The notes under the pieces were generated by a model, which saw only the letters and a program-made list of their open reading frames with translations, was not told the origin of the DNA and made no database searches. A stretch of DNA of 63,789 nucleotides, the filler included, from Chiloscyllium plagiosum (lineage: Eukaryota), in NCBI RefSeq assembly GCF_004010195.1. It is 4 parts of one record of this genome, joined end to end, with 100 filler letters (N's around TTAATTAATTAA, not from the genome) between each part and the next. Parts side by side here need not be neighbours in the genome. Positions count along the whole stretch, not along the records: positions 1 to 26,186 come from NC_057712.1; positions 26,287 to 41,415 come from NC_057712.1; 2 more parts are not named here. The stretch is one strand, 5' to 3'. Both the position numbers and the translations under genes were made by a program. Positions within the stretch are counted from its first letter, which is position 1. Each line of letters begins with the position of its first letter. Positions 23,771 to 35,797 of this stretch are shown one piece after another.

Positions 23771-24879
23771 AACCGAAGGCTAGGTAGCATCATCAAACAG
23801 TTAGAATCAGAATATTCAGAAGAAAAGGTTGGAAATATTTTGACATGTAAAGGGTCATAGCAGATTGGAACTCTCTTCTATAAATAGTCCTTGGGGCTAG
23901 GTTAGTCATCAAATTACATCTGGGGCTGATAAATGTTTGTTTCCATAAACATCACAGGATATGGGACAAAGGTAATTACAAAGAGTTGCAAGTCAGCCAA
24001 GATCTCATTTCATGGTAGAATAGTCTCAAGGGTTTACATAGCCTTATTGTGTTTCAATTGTCCTGTCTTGCCTTTGCAGAACTTTCATTACATTTATTTG
24101 AATATTTCATCACATTCCCTCATGATTTTCCTTTCCCCAGATCTGACTCTCAGTTTATATCCCACCTGTATCAGCTTCCATTTCTGTTCTATAAATTATG
24201 AATCTAAGAGTGCTTCTTCATTTTCTCTTGCATCAACTCTAGTGCCAATCAAATCGTGTTACAATCTTTATTTCGCCCTCATGCATCACATTGCAGTTCA
24301 TTTTCCCCTTGCATCTTTAATTGCACGCATGTGGGAATAGTTTTCAAATTAAGTGAGTGGCAGTTTGAAGGCTGAAATCCACTAAGTGTCACTTTCATCA
24401 AGTTTCCTGGAGAGTTTCTCTCCTGGAGGCTGAATGCACGTTCCTGTGCTATCATTCCAAACTCTCCCCATTAGCTTGCTGCCATATACCTATGATGCCC
24501 TCTTGTCTGATATTAGTCCGATTCTCCTGCACGCCATAGGCAGACACATTCACCCACTGCTGAGATAGTCCAGGATCTCTGGTGCCATATTTAAGAGGTG
24601 ATACTGCACTCAGTCAAACACTAGCAGTCTGAACTGCCTTGCATATTTAGAGTCACTTTCGTTCCACCAACACCCATGTTTCACCACCCTCACTGTTGAG
24701 TCCCTCTCTCACTATCTGCCTTCTCCACACTCCTCCACCCCCACTCCACTAACCCTTCCTGCTCTCGACGCTATCTACTCATCCACTCACTGAGGAAATC
24801 TCAACATATTACTCCAACCTGAGCAAACACTAAGAACTGTGCCATCCACTATCATTTCAGTTAGTCAATCTCTATCTTT

Positions 24880-25800
24880 TGGAACTTAGAAGAAAAAAGA
24901 TCAGACCACAATAGGTCCAGAAGAGCTAGGAGATGTAGTTGAGTGGCCAATATTTGGCTCCTCACCCCATTATGAAGACAGGATCCTGGTGAAAATGCTG
25001 CCAATCAAGGAAGAAATATTAAAACAAGTAGGATCGCTGAACCCAAAACATTAACTCTATCTCCACTGATGCTGCCAGACTTGTTTAGTTTCTCCCTCGG
25101 TTCCTGATTTTGTTTCACATTTCCAGCAACTGTAGTTCTTTGGTTTTATAATAATAAGCGTTGTTCACTTCCTGCTACCCGCCCATTGCCCACACAGTGA
25201 ATATAGTATTAACATGCCTCAACCTTATTCATTACACATTGTCTGTTTTATCTCCTGCAGGTCTCCTGATGGGTTGGGCACAGACGGTCTTCCCTGTTAA
25301 GAGGATGGTGCTACTACAGTCCATTCTCCAACTCTGAGGAAGAGGGCACGGATATCTCAGAGGAAGCACCAGCAAAGTTGCATCTAAGCTCAGATATGGA
25401 CAACTCATGCAGGTATTTTAGCAAAGGTAGAGTTGGCAACACCTGCTAGGGAGCACAGCAATGCAATGTCTCGGTGCTGGTCATGGAAGAAGCTCCATGG
25501 AAGATATAGGCACTTGTTCAGCTGTAAGCAGGAGAGAACGCCACGTTGTTGGCAATTTGTGACTCCATTGGCACACACAAGGAGGTACAGGAGCAGGAGG
25601 CTGGCATGGCCAAACTGGCACAAAAACCCCGGAAGTGCAATAACACAGTTGGGATGTCTGAGTGCCAGTAACTCAGAGTCTGTTGGAAATGTGCATGAGA
25701 CTGCACTCCTCTATTCTGCCCATTGATACTCTCATGGCATGGTGGCAGAAGCATGGGGGTTGTTGAGCTCAGTCTAGTTGTCCCTTTCCCACAAAAGGTT
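24880..25800 (+). pseudogene. Probable relic of a PIF/Harbinger Myb/SANT-like accessory gene
   Basis: 24885-24985 gives a frameshifted KK..HNRS..RAR...VANIWLLTP.YEDR, resembling the HNRRE..TGGG....LTP.EE block of these proteins; acceptor ctcctgcag at 25260 precedes an acidic segment (SNSEEEGTDISEEAP). Confidence 0.45.
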
Positions 25801-25847
25801 ACAGGGCGGTGCCAGTTACTGGCTATAGGATGAACTACATGTAGAAT

Positions 25848-26186
25848 AGAGTCATAGAGTCATAGAGATGTACAGCATGGAAACAGGCTCTTCCGTCCAA
25901 CCTTCCATGCAAACCAGATATCCCAACCCAATCTAGTCCCACCTGCCAGCACCCGGCCCATATCCCTCCAAACCCTTCCTATTCATATGCCCATCCAAAT
26001 GCCTCTCTAATGTTGCAATGGTACCAGCCTCCACCACACCCTCTGGCAGCTTATTCCATACATGTACCACCGTTTGCGTGAAAAAGTTGCCCCTTAGGTC
26101 TCTTTTATATCTTTCCCCTCTCACCCTAAGCCAATGCCCTCTAGTTCTGGACTCCCCAACCTCAGGGAAAAGACTTTGTCTATTTA
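25848..26186 (-). mobile_element. CR1 (HER1-like) 3' end running into an assembly gap
   Basis: ORF 25933-26124(-) RGERYKRDLRGNFFTQTVVHVWNKLPE; (atagagtc)n tail. Confidence 0.95.
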
Positions 26187-26286
26187 NNNNNNNNNNNNNN
26201 NNNNNNNNNNNNNNNNNNNNNNNNNNNNNNTTAATTAATTAANNNNNNNNNNNNNNNNNNNNNNNNNNNNNNNNNNNNNNNNNNNN
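26187..26286. other. Assembly gap with synthetic TTAATTAATTAA linker
   Basis: 44 N + ttaattaattaa + 44 N; identical at 41416-41515 and 61550-61649. Confidence 0.95.
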
Positions 26287-26860
26287 ATTAGTTTAAACCC
26301 TCCCGAATCACATGAGCAAATCTCCCACCAGGACATTTGTGCCCCTCCAGTTCAGGTGCAATCCATCCTTCATGTATAGGTCCCACCTTCCCCAGAAGGT
26401 ATCCTAATGGTCTAGGTATCTGAAGCCCTCCCTCCTGCACCAGCCTCGCAGCCACATGTTAAGCTGCATTCGCTGCCTGTTCATCACCTCACTATCTCAT
26501 GGCACCGGTAGCAAACCTGAAATCACTACTCATCTTGCTCTTCAGCTTCCAACCTAGCTCCCTGTAGTCACTTTTCAGATCCTCAATCCCTTTCCTGGTT
26601 ATATCATTGGTGCCGATATGTATCACGATTTCTGGCTGCTCCCCCTCCCCCTTCAGAATCCTGTAAACCCAATCGGCGACATCCCAGACCCTGGCACCTG
26701 GGAGGCAATATACCTTCAGGGAGTCCTGTTCCTGACCACAAAATCTCCTGTCAATCCGTCTGACTATTGAGTCCCCTATCACTAGTGCTTTTCTATTTCC
26801 CCCCTTCCCTTCTGAGCCACAGTGCCAGGCTCAGTGCCAGAGACGTGACAACTATGGCTT
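26287..26860 (-). mobile_element. CR1 ORF1 SGNH esterase fragment
   Basis: ORF 26492-26782(-) IGDSIVRRIDRRFCG...CLPGARV...EIVIHIGTND. Confidence 0.9.
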
Positions 26861-27829
26861 CATTTTCTTATCAAGATGATCTTCAGGCTACTTTTATCCC
26901 AATATGTAACTTCCAGAGAAGTGTGAATCAATCAGGAGATATAGATCTGCACTTCATTTACTTTTATAGCAATATTAACTTCAGTTTAGATTGATCTTTG
27001 TTTCCTGGTGTTTTATTGAGTTGATCACAGCATGCGTTTTAGATCGGTATTTGTCCTTTCGATCAGTATTTGTCCTTTAACAAGTCACTTTATCCGATAA
27101 AGCCTCAAGTATTAAAATTAGATGGCGGAAGTTCAATGTCACTCTCTATACCTATGTTTAGAGTTGTCATAACACATTGAGGACTTTAGCTATGCACTTT
27201 GTGGTCACTGAACTAGAAACCAAAGGATCAGTGATTTATTTAATTCAATTTTATTTAAAACAGTTAGACACTCCAGAATAAATAGTTAAGCTACTTTAAT
27301 AAGGCTGGTTCACAGCAAAAACAGTTAATGTAGAACATAAAACCATCAGACAGTGATGCCAATCTACTTAATGCATTCTGATCAATGCCTGTAAATTAGT
27401 AACACCATTCAGACTATCTGTTGTTATTTATTGGCATTGTGATGCACTAAAATTAACAGTAAAGCCCATATCCCCTCTAATGTATTCCTTTTACTGTTGC
27501 TTGGTTTCAGTTATTGTACAACAATGGTATAAAAGTTGACAGTCACTTTACAGGAGTTACTGGCATCATTAAGCCTTATTGCAACAAGATTATTCTGTGG
27601 TGGCCCAAGGTCTCCACATTTATTATTTTATATTACTGATCATTTTAGTTCTGGACTAGAAAAATCACAGCAAAGTATGAAATAATTCTTACACTTTAAG
27701 TTTTCATATTTAATGGGAATGACACATAAACAAGGACCTTTTTGCAAAATTGTCCATTTTATAACTCAGCCCCTTGAAGACATGAGAGAATGAAATTTTC
27801 TTGGAAGATATTAGACTTCTCTACTGTCC

Positions 27830-28050
27830 ATTTCTATCAGCCATGCATTCAACTGGCAAGGCCCGGGATTCCAAAATTCTCTCCTGAACATGCTCTCCAC
27901 TTTGACCACACTTTCCTCCTTGAAGACCTTTCCAAAACTGTATCCATCCTACACCAGCCTTTACTTCAGCATTGACTTTCTTGATCACTTTTCTGTGAAG
28001 TGTTTCAGTACATTTTTTCTATGTTAAGTGTGCTATTTAAATATGCTTTA
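27830..28050 (+). mobile_element. L2-like LINE 3' end, degenerate
   Basis: ctttcctccttgaagacctttccaaaac...ctgtgaagtgtttcagtaca...tatgttaagtgtgctatttaaatatgc tail. Confidence 0.55.
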
Positions 28051-28271
28051 CTGGTGTTGCTAACAGCTGTTAAGTAAATACTTTTCTGAACATACCTAGC
28101 ATTAGGTTTGCGTAATTATAAACATGTATTTACTTCATAGCTTTCATGTGCTCATTTTCCCTTGAATTAAAATTAATTTTGATTTCCAATAATATTCCTT
28201 GGAGCAACTAAATTGTACATATGTTGGACAACAGGGCATAAAATTTTCAGAAAGACCATCAACAAAAATGC

Positions 28272-29038
28272 TGGAAAAGCGCAGCAGGTCAGGCAGCATC
28301 CAAGGAACAGGAGAATCGACATTTCGGGCATAAGCCCTTCTTCAGGAATGAGGAAAGTGTCATTTCCGCCATCTCCAAATGGACCCCACCACCAGGGATA
28401 TATTTCCCTCCCCTCCCCTATCAGCACTCCGAAAAGACAACTCCCTCCGTGACTCCCTCGTCAGGTCCACACCCCCCACCAACCCAAACTCCACTCCCGG
28501 CACCTTCCCCTGCAACCGCAAGAAATGCAAAACTTGCGCCCACACCTCCCCCCTTACTTCCCTCCAAGGCACCAAGATTTCCTTCCATATCCACCACAAA
28601 TTCACCTTCACCTCCACACACATCATTTATTGCATCCGCTGCACCCGATGTGGCCTCCTCTATATTGGGGAGACAGGCCATCTACTTGCGGACATTTCAG
28701 AGAACACCTCTGGGACACCCGGACCAACCAACCCAACCACCCCGTAGCCCAACACTTTAACTCCCCCTCCCACTCCACCAAGGACATGCAGGTCCTTGGA
28801 CGCCTCCATTGCCAGACCATAGCAACACGACGGTTGGAGGAAGAGCCCTATCACCCTCACCTTGACCTCCTTCCACCTATCACATTTCCAACGCCCCTCC
28901 CCGAAGTCCCTGCTCCCTACATTTTATCTTAGCCCGAAACGTCGATTCTCCTGTTCCTTGGATGCTGCCTGACCTGCTGCGCTTTTCCAGCAACACATTT
29001 TCAGCTCTGATCTCCAGCATCTGCAGTCCTCACTTTCT
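28272..29038 (+). mobile_element. Penelope-like element: inverted 5' pLTR piece, GIY-YIG endonuclease region, 3' pLTR
   Basis: ORF 28379-28747 FPCNRKKCKTC...IIYCIRCTRCGLLYIGETG; 15-bp direct repeat catcaacaaaaatgc at 28257-28271 and 29039-29053. Confidence 0.92.
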
Positions 29039-29499
29039 CATCAACAAAAATGCCCTACTTAATATCATCAGGAGGGAGCGTTATCCTTTATGATGTGATG
29101 CAAGCATAAACGAAAAGTGGGAAAATAAGGAGATCATCAAAAAGTATATTGCAAGATTTTTCAGGCTTTGAGCACATAGCAATGCTGGAAAATATGAAGA
29201 GAATTTAAAAATCAGCTTTTGATTTCTGACATTCTCCACTGATTATCTGCTTACGCATCTGAAGTGGGGGCGAGTACTGGCTTTTGGTGTTGCTGACTGT
29301 GAGATGTTTTCATTGAAGAAAAGAGCAATTGGAACATCGTTGTCAATGGCAGAAACAAAAGGGACCTCCAGAAGGAGAAACAGCAGCTAAAGATACCTGA
29401 GGAGGTGAAAGAGAATGATCAGACCCTGAATATACTAAACTCTCTGTCACTATCTGCAGCTGTTGCAAACTCAAAGCAGATAGAGACTGAGATAAGGTC

Positions 29500-29901
29500 T
29501 GAAACAACTCCATAGAGGCTGGTAACCCATCACCAAGTCACTCTGTATTTACACGTGGCCAGTCCTTGACAGGGATCCAACTCCCTCAGAACCAGCTCCC
29601 AGAGTGACTAGAACGTCTGACACTCCTATTTTTTTTTACCCCTTTTCTCCATAAAACCCGTGTTGTGTGTATGTAGAATGTCTGAGGAAAAAGACACCAT
29701 TGTGGAAGAACTTTATTCAATATTTCCACCACCAGGAAAACACCCACATGGCCAGTGAACTGGTAATAAACAAATCTCAATAAGGGCAATGAACACTCCT
29801 GTTCTTGTCAGGCAGGGTTCCCTGATTGGACCAGATTAACAGCTCCAATAGATCTTGTACTCTATGAGGTCCACCTGGCTGAACTCTTTACAGTCATTAA
29901 A
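29500..29901 (-). repeat. 3' LTR of the Gypsy element (carries a Tx1 insertion)
   Basis: Homologous to 33617-33849, about a quarter of positions differing over the first ~128 bp by manual count. Confidence 0.85.
29631..29792 (-). mobile_element. Tx1-like 3' UTR fragment with poly(A), inserted in the LTR
   Basis: Minus strand tcactggccatgtgggtgttttcctggtggtggaaatattgaataaag matches the array units; TSD acactcct(a/g)tt at 29620-29630 and 29793-29803. Confidence 0.8.
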
Positions 29902-32190
29902 TCCTTCTCCCTCAGGGTCTGAGGGCATAGGCCAGTTCATTTTTTATTTGGAGCTCCTTCTGCGTTGTTTTAGCACCGGGTCAGGTTCCTCCAATTCTGC
30001 CTCTGATACGGGCAGCATGTAAAGCACAGTAACTCACCTCTGTTGCCTGGAGCATGTTGGAAGAAATTCATTTTCTTCTTTAGGCAACAAAGGTATTGAG
30101 ACGGCGACATCTGCTGTGTCCACCTCAGATTCTGAGGTATCTTCAATGCTTGACGAATCAGAGAACCTGTAGGTTCCAGAACAGTCAGAAAGGCTGTCAA
30201 GGAGTGGGGCATGTTTTCTTCCCACACAATTTGTGAGTTTGCACCTTTCATATGGTCCACGTGCTTGTTCAGAGCCGACACATCTACCTGAACTTTATAC
30301 ATCACTGAAACTGGCCTCGTGTTGATCATGCCTCTTACCCATGCAGGGCTAGTCCCGTGTTACTAACACCAAACTTCACCCCCTCAAGTAAGCTCTCTTT
30401 CTCGCTTAGCGGACTCTCGTGTCTGGCATTGGCATACCTGTTACCATTTCACCATCCTCGCACCCCAGTTCTGGGAAGATCAGATTTAATCTGGCATGGA
30501 GCCTTCTCCCCATTAGCAACTCTGCTGGGCTGCCCCTGTAGTTGCATGAGGGGTGACCTGTAATTAAACAGGGATCGGGACATTTTGCATCTAGTGAAGC
30601 TGTAGGCTGTTTCTTCAAGCCTATCTTCAAAGATTGGACTCCTCTTTCTGTCAGGCCTTTGGATGATGGATGATATTTAGCTGTCCCTTTATATCAGATA
30701 CTATTCAACTTGAGGAAAATTAAAATTCCCTGCTGGTAAACGGTGGCCTGTTATCTGTCACCAATAATTACGGGAATATGTGTATTGTAAAAGGTGTCCG
30801 CAGTTTTTTTTAATTGCAGTCCCCATGTTCTATGCATGTCCAACCACTTTAAGAAAGGGGTAAAACTTAAAAAGAACATTGAGCGCATGAAAGGACCTGC
30901 GTAGTCGTTATATAACCGAGTCCAGGGTTTACCTGGCCATTCCTACAAATGTGGGGGAGCTGCTGGCATTAATTTTTGTCCATGTTGGCACTCTGAGTAC
31001 TGCTCTATCAATGTGGCTATGTCTGTGTCCAATCCTGGCCACTAAACCTAACTTCTCACCAACATCTTCATTTTGGAAACTCTGGATGACCCTGGTGGAG
31101 TTCAGCCAGTATCTGGCAGTGACTATGCTTAGGATAATCACTCTTGCTGCCCATATTACTATGCCATCTTCGACTGTGATCTGGTCTCTCTGGGTAATAA
31201 AGGGTTTCTGTTTTGGTTGTGAAGGCCCTTTGGGACCTATCACCACTAGATATTTCAGTTTTGCTAGAACTGGACCTTTTTTGACCAAAGTCATATATAG
31301 TCAGCCGTGACTGGAAGTGTGTCCAGAAAATTGAAGCCAGTAACAGCAGTGGTGTGTCTGCAAGCATGAGGAGGCTCAAAGCATCTGCATGTATCACTTG
31401 GCCTCTGGATGGTGTTCCAAATTCTAATGATATGCAATTAATATTAGAGCCCATCGCTTAATTAGTCTTGAAGCTATGGGAGGCATTGCCTTTTCCTCTT
31501 TAAGTAAACCTAGCAGGGTTTGTATTCTGTTATTATTACAAATTTACATTCATAAGGATATTGGTGGAACATCCTGGATGCATACGCTCTTGGACATTCC
31601 TTTCCACTGAGCCACCTATGAACAAATACTAACCCGATTCTGTATTGGGGGAGAGGGGTGAATGTGGGGGTGAGGGATGGTATCGCATGTNNNNNNNNNN
31701 NNNNNNNNNNNNNNNNNNNNNNNNNNNNNNNNNNNNNNNNNNNNNNNNNNNNNNNNNNNNNNNNNNNNNNNNNNNNNNNNNNNNNNNNNNNNNNNNNNNN
31801 NNNNNNNNNNNNNNNNNNNNNNNNNNNNNNNNNNNNNNNNNNNNNNNNNNNNNNNNNNNNNNNNNNNNNNNNNNNNNNNNNNNNNNNNNNNNNNNNNNNN
31901 NNNNNNNNNNNNNNNNNNNNNNNNNNNNNNNNNNNNNNNNNNNNNNNNNNNNNNNNNNNNNNNNNNNNNNNNNNNNNNNNNNNNNNNNNNNNNNNNNNNN
32001 NNNNNNNNNNNNNNNNNNNNNNNNNNNNNNNNNNNNNNNNNNNNNNNNNNNNNNNNNNNNNNNNNNNNNNNNNNNNNNNNNNNNNNNNNNNNNNNNNNNN
32101 NNNNNNNNNNNNNNNNNNNNNNNNNNNNNNNNNNNNNNNNNNNNNNNNNNNNNNNNNNNNNNNNNNNNNNNNNNNNNNNNNNNNNNNNNN

Positions 32191-32400
32191 TTGGCTGAGA
32201 CAAGGTGGGGGGAGGGGAAATGAGGAAACTGGAGAAATCTGAGTTCATCCCTTGTGGTTGGAGGGTTCCTAGGCGGAAGATGAGGCGCTCTTCCTCCAAC
32301 CGTCGTGTTGCTATGGTCTGGCGATGGAGGAGTCCAAGGACCTGCATATCCTTGGTGGAGTGGGAGGGGGAATTGAAGTGTTGAGCCACCGGGTGGTTGG
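32191..32400 (-). mobile_element. Penelope-like GIY-YIG C-terminal fragment nested in Gypsy pol
   Basis: AQHFNSPSHSTKDMQVLGLLHRQTIATRRLEEERLIFRLGTLQPQGMN; same family as the 28.3-29.0 kb element. Confidence 0.9.
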
Positions 32401-33616
32401 GCCAAGCCCTTTACAACAACCAATATTAACTGAACCAGATGCTTCTCATAAGAGTGCAGAACCAAAGTTGTACCCTTAATCTGTAAAGGTTCCCCAGTGT
32501 TGTTTCTCAGTCTGGCTGAGATCTTGCACAAACTTAAGGAATGGCGTCTAGTGCAAATGTTATTAAAGATTCTGCGATCACTGAAATAGCCACGCTGGTA
32601 TCAATCTCAATTAGAACTGAGTAATCATTTAACCAGATACTTATTTTGATTGGTTCTGATTTGGATGTTGCTAAGCAATTCAACCGTTCCAAACCAGATG
32701 TCGGTGGATTTTCCAGGCTGTGCACTCTCCTGGATACCAGTCTATCAGTTCTCCTATTCACTTTAAGTCTAGTGTGACTCTTTATTTTCCTGTCTCGAGT
32801 CAGCATAACGATAGCAAGTACAATGGCTTGCTGGCCTGAATTCTGAAGAAACTTTTAACTGTTTGGCCAAGATTTGGCTTTGTTTTGGGGTTTTGCTGTG
32901 GGCTGACCAAGAGTCCCTCTGTCCAGAATATGTCCTATGCAATTACCATCACTTAAGTGGTGTCCCCCAAGCTTAATTGGACTGGCGAGGGTGTTCACTT
33001 CCATCAGAATACCCTGCAACTCACATGCTCCACTTGCTGCATTTAATAATAATAAATCAGTTGTAGTGCCTGTTTGAAATCCAGTTGGGCTTCAGCTAGT
33101 AGGCCGTTTTGCATGTTTGCATCATTAATCCCACATACCAAACGGTGTCTCAGTATCTCATTAAGGGTTAAACTAAAGTCACATGCCTCTGCCAGTTATC
33201 TTAACCTAGTCAAAAATCCTGATATGAATTCCTTTGGTTCTCAAATTGCCGAGTAAAACCGATGACATCTCATAATTAGAGGAGGCTTTGGATCATAATA
33301 CTCCTTAGCTAAAATCTTCAACTTTTGAAAGGTTTTAGCATATGGTGTCTTATGGAAAGTGAACCTTTTAATAACCAAAAAAACTGCACGTCAACAAACT
33401 GTCAGGAGAATTACTTGTTGCTTTTCATTTACCCCAGTATCATTTGCCCAGAAAAAGTAACACATTCTTTCCACATTTTGGGCGCACTCTTCAATGGTAT
33501 GATTGAATGAGTCAAGCTTCCCAATTAACAGCATAATGTTCGAAATGCTTACCCCAACTCAATGGCAACTGTTGCGAATGAATTTCTTAAAGAGCATGCT
33601 TTTCTCTCGGTGACAC

Positions 33617-33849
33617 TGAAATAACTCCACTGAGATCGGCATCTCATCAACAAGTCATCGTTTATGTACACATGGAGAGTCCTTGACATTGATCTAGCCC
33701 CTTCAGAGCCAACTCTCAGAGTGAACAGAACCTCTGACACACCTATTTGTATCTGTCAGCCAGGACTACCTGGATGAGCCAAACTCACAGCCCAGTCAGG
33801 GAACTCATTCTACGAGGTCCACTTGACTGACTTCATTACAATCATTACA
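33617..33849 (-). repeat. 5' LTR of the Gypsy element (empty Tx1 target site)
   Basis: TG...CA termini; degenerate PBS immediately internal; uninterrupted cctggctgacagatacaaataggtgtgtcag (minus, 33734-33764). Confidence 0.85.
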
Positions 33850-35253
33850 AGGCCCTTAATGTAAGGTCTAGAACAATAGATTGCACCAGTCAGGTCTTAC
33901 TCGGCATCTTTGTTATATTTTGTGTCCTTCATGACTGGAGCTAATGAGGTGTTAATAAAATCCTAAAACTATAATGTTCTGGATGAAAATAAAATGGGAA
34001 ATCAGAACAATCCTCTGCAGGTGGGAATGAGCCAATGCAATCATCCTGGATAGAGCTGTGCACTGTCAAACTTGGGCAACCAGTCAGGACTTTCTTGAAA
34101 CCCTCTTCCAAGAAGAGAGAATTGGATTTGGACTTCCTTTCATTGTTTTACTTCCTATTACTTCAATGTCAAATAGCCCCTGGACACCGCACAGCACAGG
34201 TTTCTGCATTGCTTGAACTTTTCTGTTGATGAATAAATGTTATGTTATACATATAATTTTATGCGTGGTATCTTCAGTTGACCGCACCTAAGACTCTGTG
34301 CATTACAGGCGTTCCTGCTTGTTCCGGAGGTAACACCAGTCAGTGAAACAGTGCAGTGTAATGATATGGTACTGAGGCTAGCTTTTAATACTTCAGTCAG
34401 CATTTAGAGTCCAAGTGCTCTGTCGAGTTTTCAAATTATCAATGTTTGCAAAGACTGTTAAATTGAGTGCAAGTGCTCAGCATCCCTTAACACAGTATTT
34501 AAACCGAGAGGAGCAGCACTTTGTATAGCTTCTCTCAGCAGGTATGGGAGAGAAAGGAGAAATGGAGTTCCCATTGCACATTTCCCAGTCTTGAATGGCA
34601 ATGAACTCCCTTGTACAGCTGAGAGATAGGATGCAATGTTGCCTGCAAGAGATGTAGTCATTGCTGATTCTGTCTCTCACCCATAGGGTGGATGTAAGTA
34701 TGGTTGAGTTATACAGGGAAGGCCCCATTACTATCTGTGCACATTGCCTGTCACCTCAGTATTGCCACATTAAAGCGTGATGCCTTGAACAGTTATCAAT
34801 TGTTCAAGTATCCCTGACCTCTGACGTTATCTGCAATCAAGCAGTCATTTGCTTGTGAGAAGTGTGTAATTTACTTGTACATTGCAACTTCTTTCATCCT
34901 TAGGCTATCCAAACAGGATAGTCATATATCAAATGAGTGTTACTTCGTCTGATGTAGCAGGTACAAAGAGACTAGAACACACATTTTAAGACGATAAGCT
35001 GGCTCTTGTAGTGCAGATAAGTTACAATGCTGTTTCTTTCTTCAGGGCAAGTCTAAATTTCTTGAAACTTAAGGTTGTGCTAGGGGTAAATACCGTAATC
35101 ATGCCCCAACTGATTCAGCAATGTTACCCATCTGACTTCAATTTGCATCGACATTCATCAATTGCCCAAGAATGTGGATTAAGAATGATCACCTGAAACA
35201 ATCATTACATTGTGTACACTAATTGCTACCTTGTCTTGTCAACTAAGTAAATA

Positions 35254-35358
35254 GTTTCGGGCATAAGCCCTTCCTGAAGAAGGGCTTATGCCCGAAACGT
35301 CGATTCTCCTGTTCCCTGGATGCTGCCTGACCTGCTGCACTTTTCCAGCAACACATTT
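35254..35358 (+). mobile_element. 105-bp Penelope-derived mini-element with intact hammerhead core
   Basis: CTGAAGA-AGGGC-TTAT-GCCC-GAAACGTC at 35274-35301; 15-bp TSD tcaactaagtaaata (35239-35253, 35359-35373). Confidence 0.85.
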
Positions 35359-35516
35359 TCAACTAAGTAAATATAATCAGACAAAGGCCATTAAAAGTAG
35401 CACCAGTAGTTCCTACTCCACAAACATGTTACTAGCTAGAATCAGAACACAACAATTCAGAGCTGCCACATTACCACACTAAAGTGTAAGTATGCAAGTA
35501 CAGTCATTCCTCCACG

Positions 35517-35797
35517 CGGTTTAGGGTGAAAGGGGAAAGATATAAAAGAGACCTAAGGGACAACTTTTTCACACAGAGGGTGGTACAGGTATGGAATGAG
35601 CTGCCAGAGGAAGTGGTGGAGGCTGGTACAATTGCAACATTTAAGAGGCATTTGGATGTGTATATGAAAAGGAAGAGTTTGGAGGGATATGGGCTGGGTG
35701 CTGGCAGGTGGGACTAGATTGGGCTGGGATATCTGGTTGGCATGGATGGGTTGGACCGAAGGGTCTGTTTCCGTGCTGTACACCTCTATGACTCTAT
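35517..35797 (+). mobile_element. CR1 (HER1-like) 3' end
   Basis: ORF 35526-35717 KGERYKRDLRDNFFTQRVVQVWNELPEEVVEAG; ctatgactctat tail. Confidence 0.95.

Larger units (their letters stand above)
29500..33849 (-). mobile_element. Degenerate Ty3/Gypsy LTR retrotransposon (K02A2.6/Mag-like) with both LTRs
   Basis: LTRs 29500-29901 and 33617-33849; 5-bp TSD aggtc/aggcc; purine tract next to the 3' LTR; gag from ATG at 33534 (MLLIGKLDSF...VERMCYFFWAND); protease EIDTSVAISVI; RNase H CD...RAYASR; integrase LAELHQGHP...WPGL...PWTRL.NDYAGPF; RT falls in or near the 500-N gap. Confidence 0.9.

Noticed and set aside
26231..26242. Palindromic TTAATTAATTAA inside N-runs, three identical occurrences (also 41460-41471 and 61594-61605)
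   Set aside because: Each is centred in an exact 100-bp 44N+12+44N block and encodes stops in all six frames, so it is a scaffolding linker, not biology.
28360..28932. Cluster of overlapping ORFs on both strands
   Set aside because: All are alternative frames of one C-rich Penelope endonuclease segment.
31616..32531. Long ORFs of 173-300 aa in the ORF track
   Set aside because: They are artefacts of translating through the 500-N gap.
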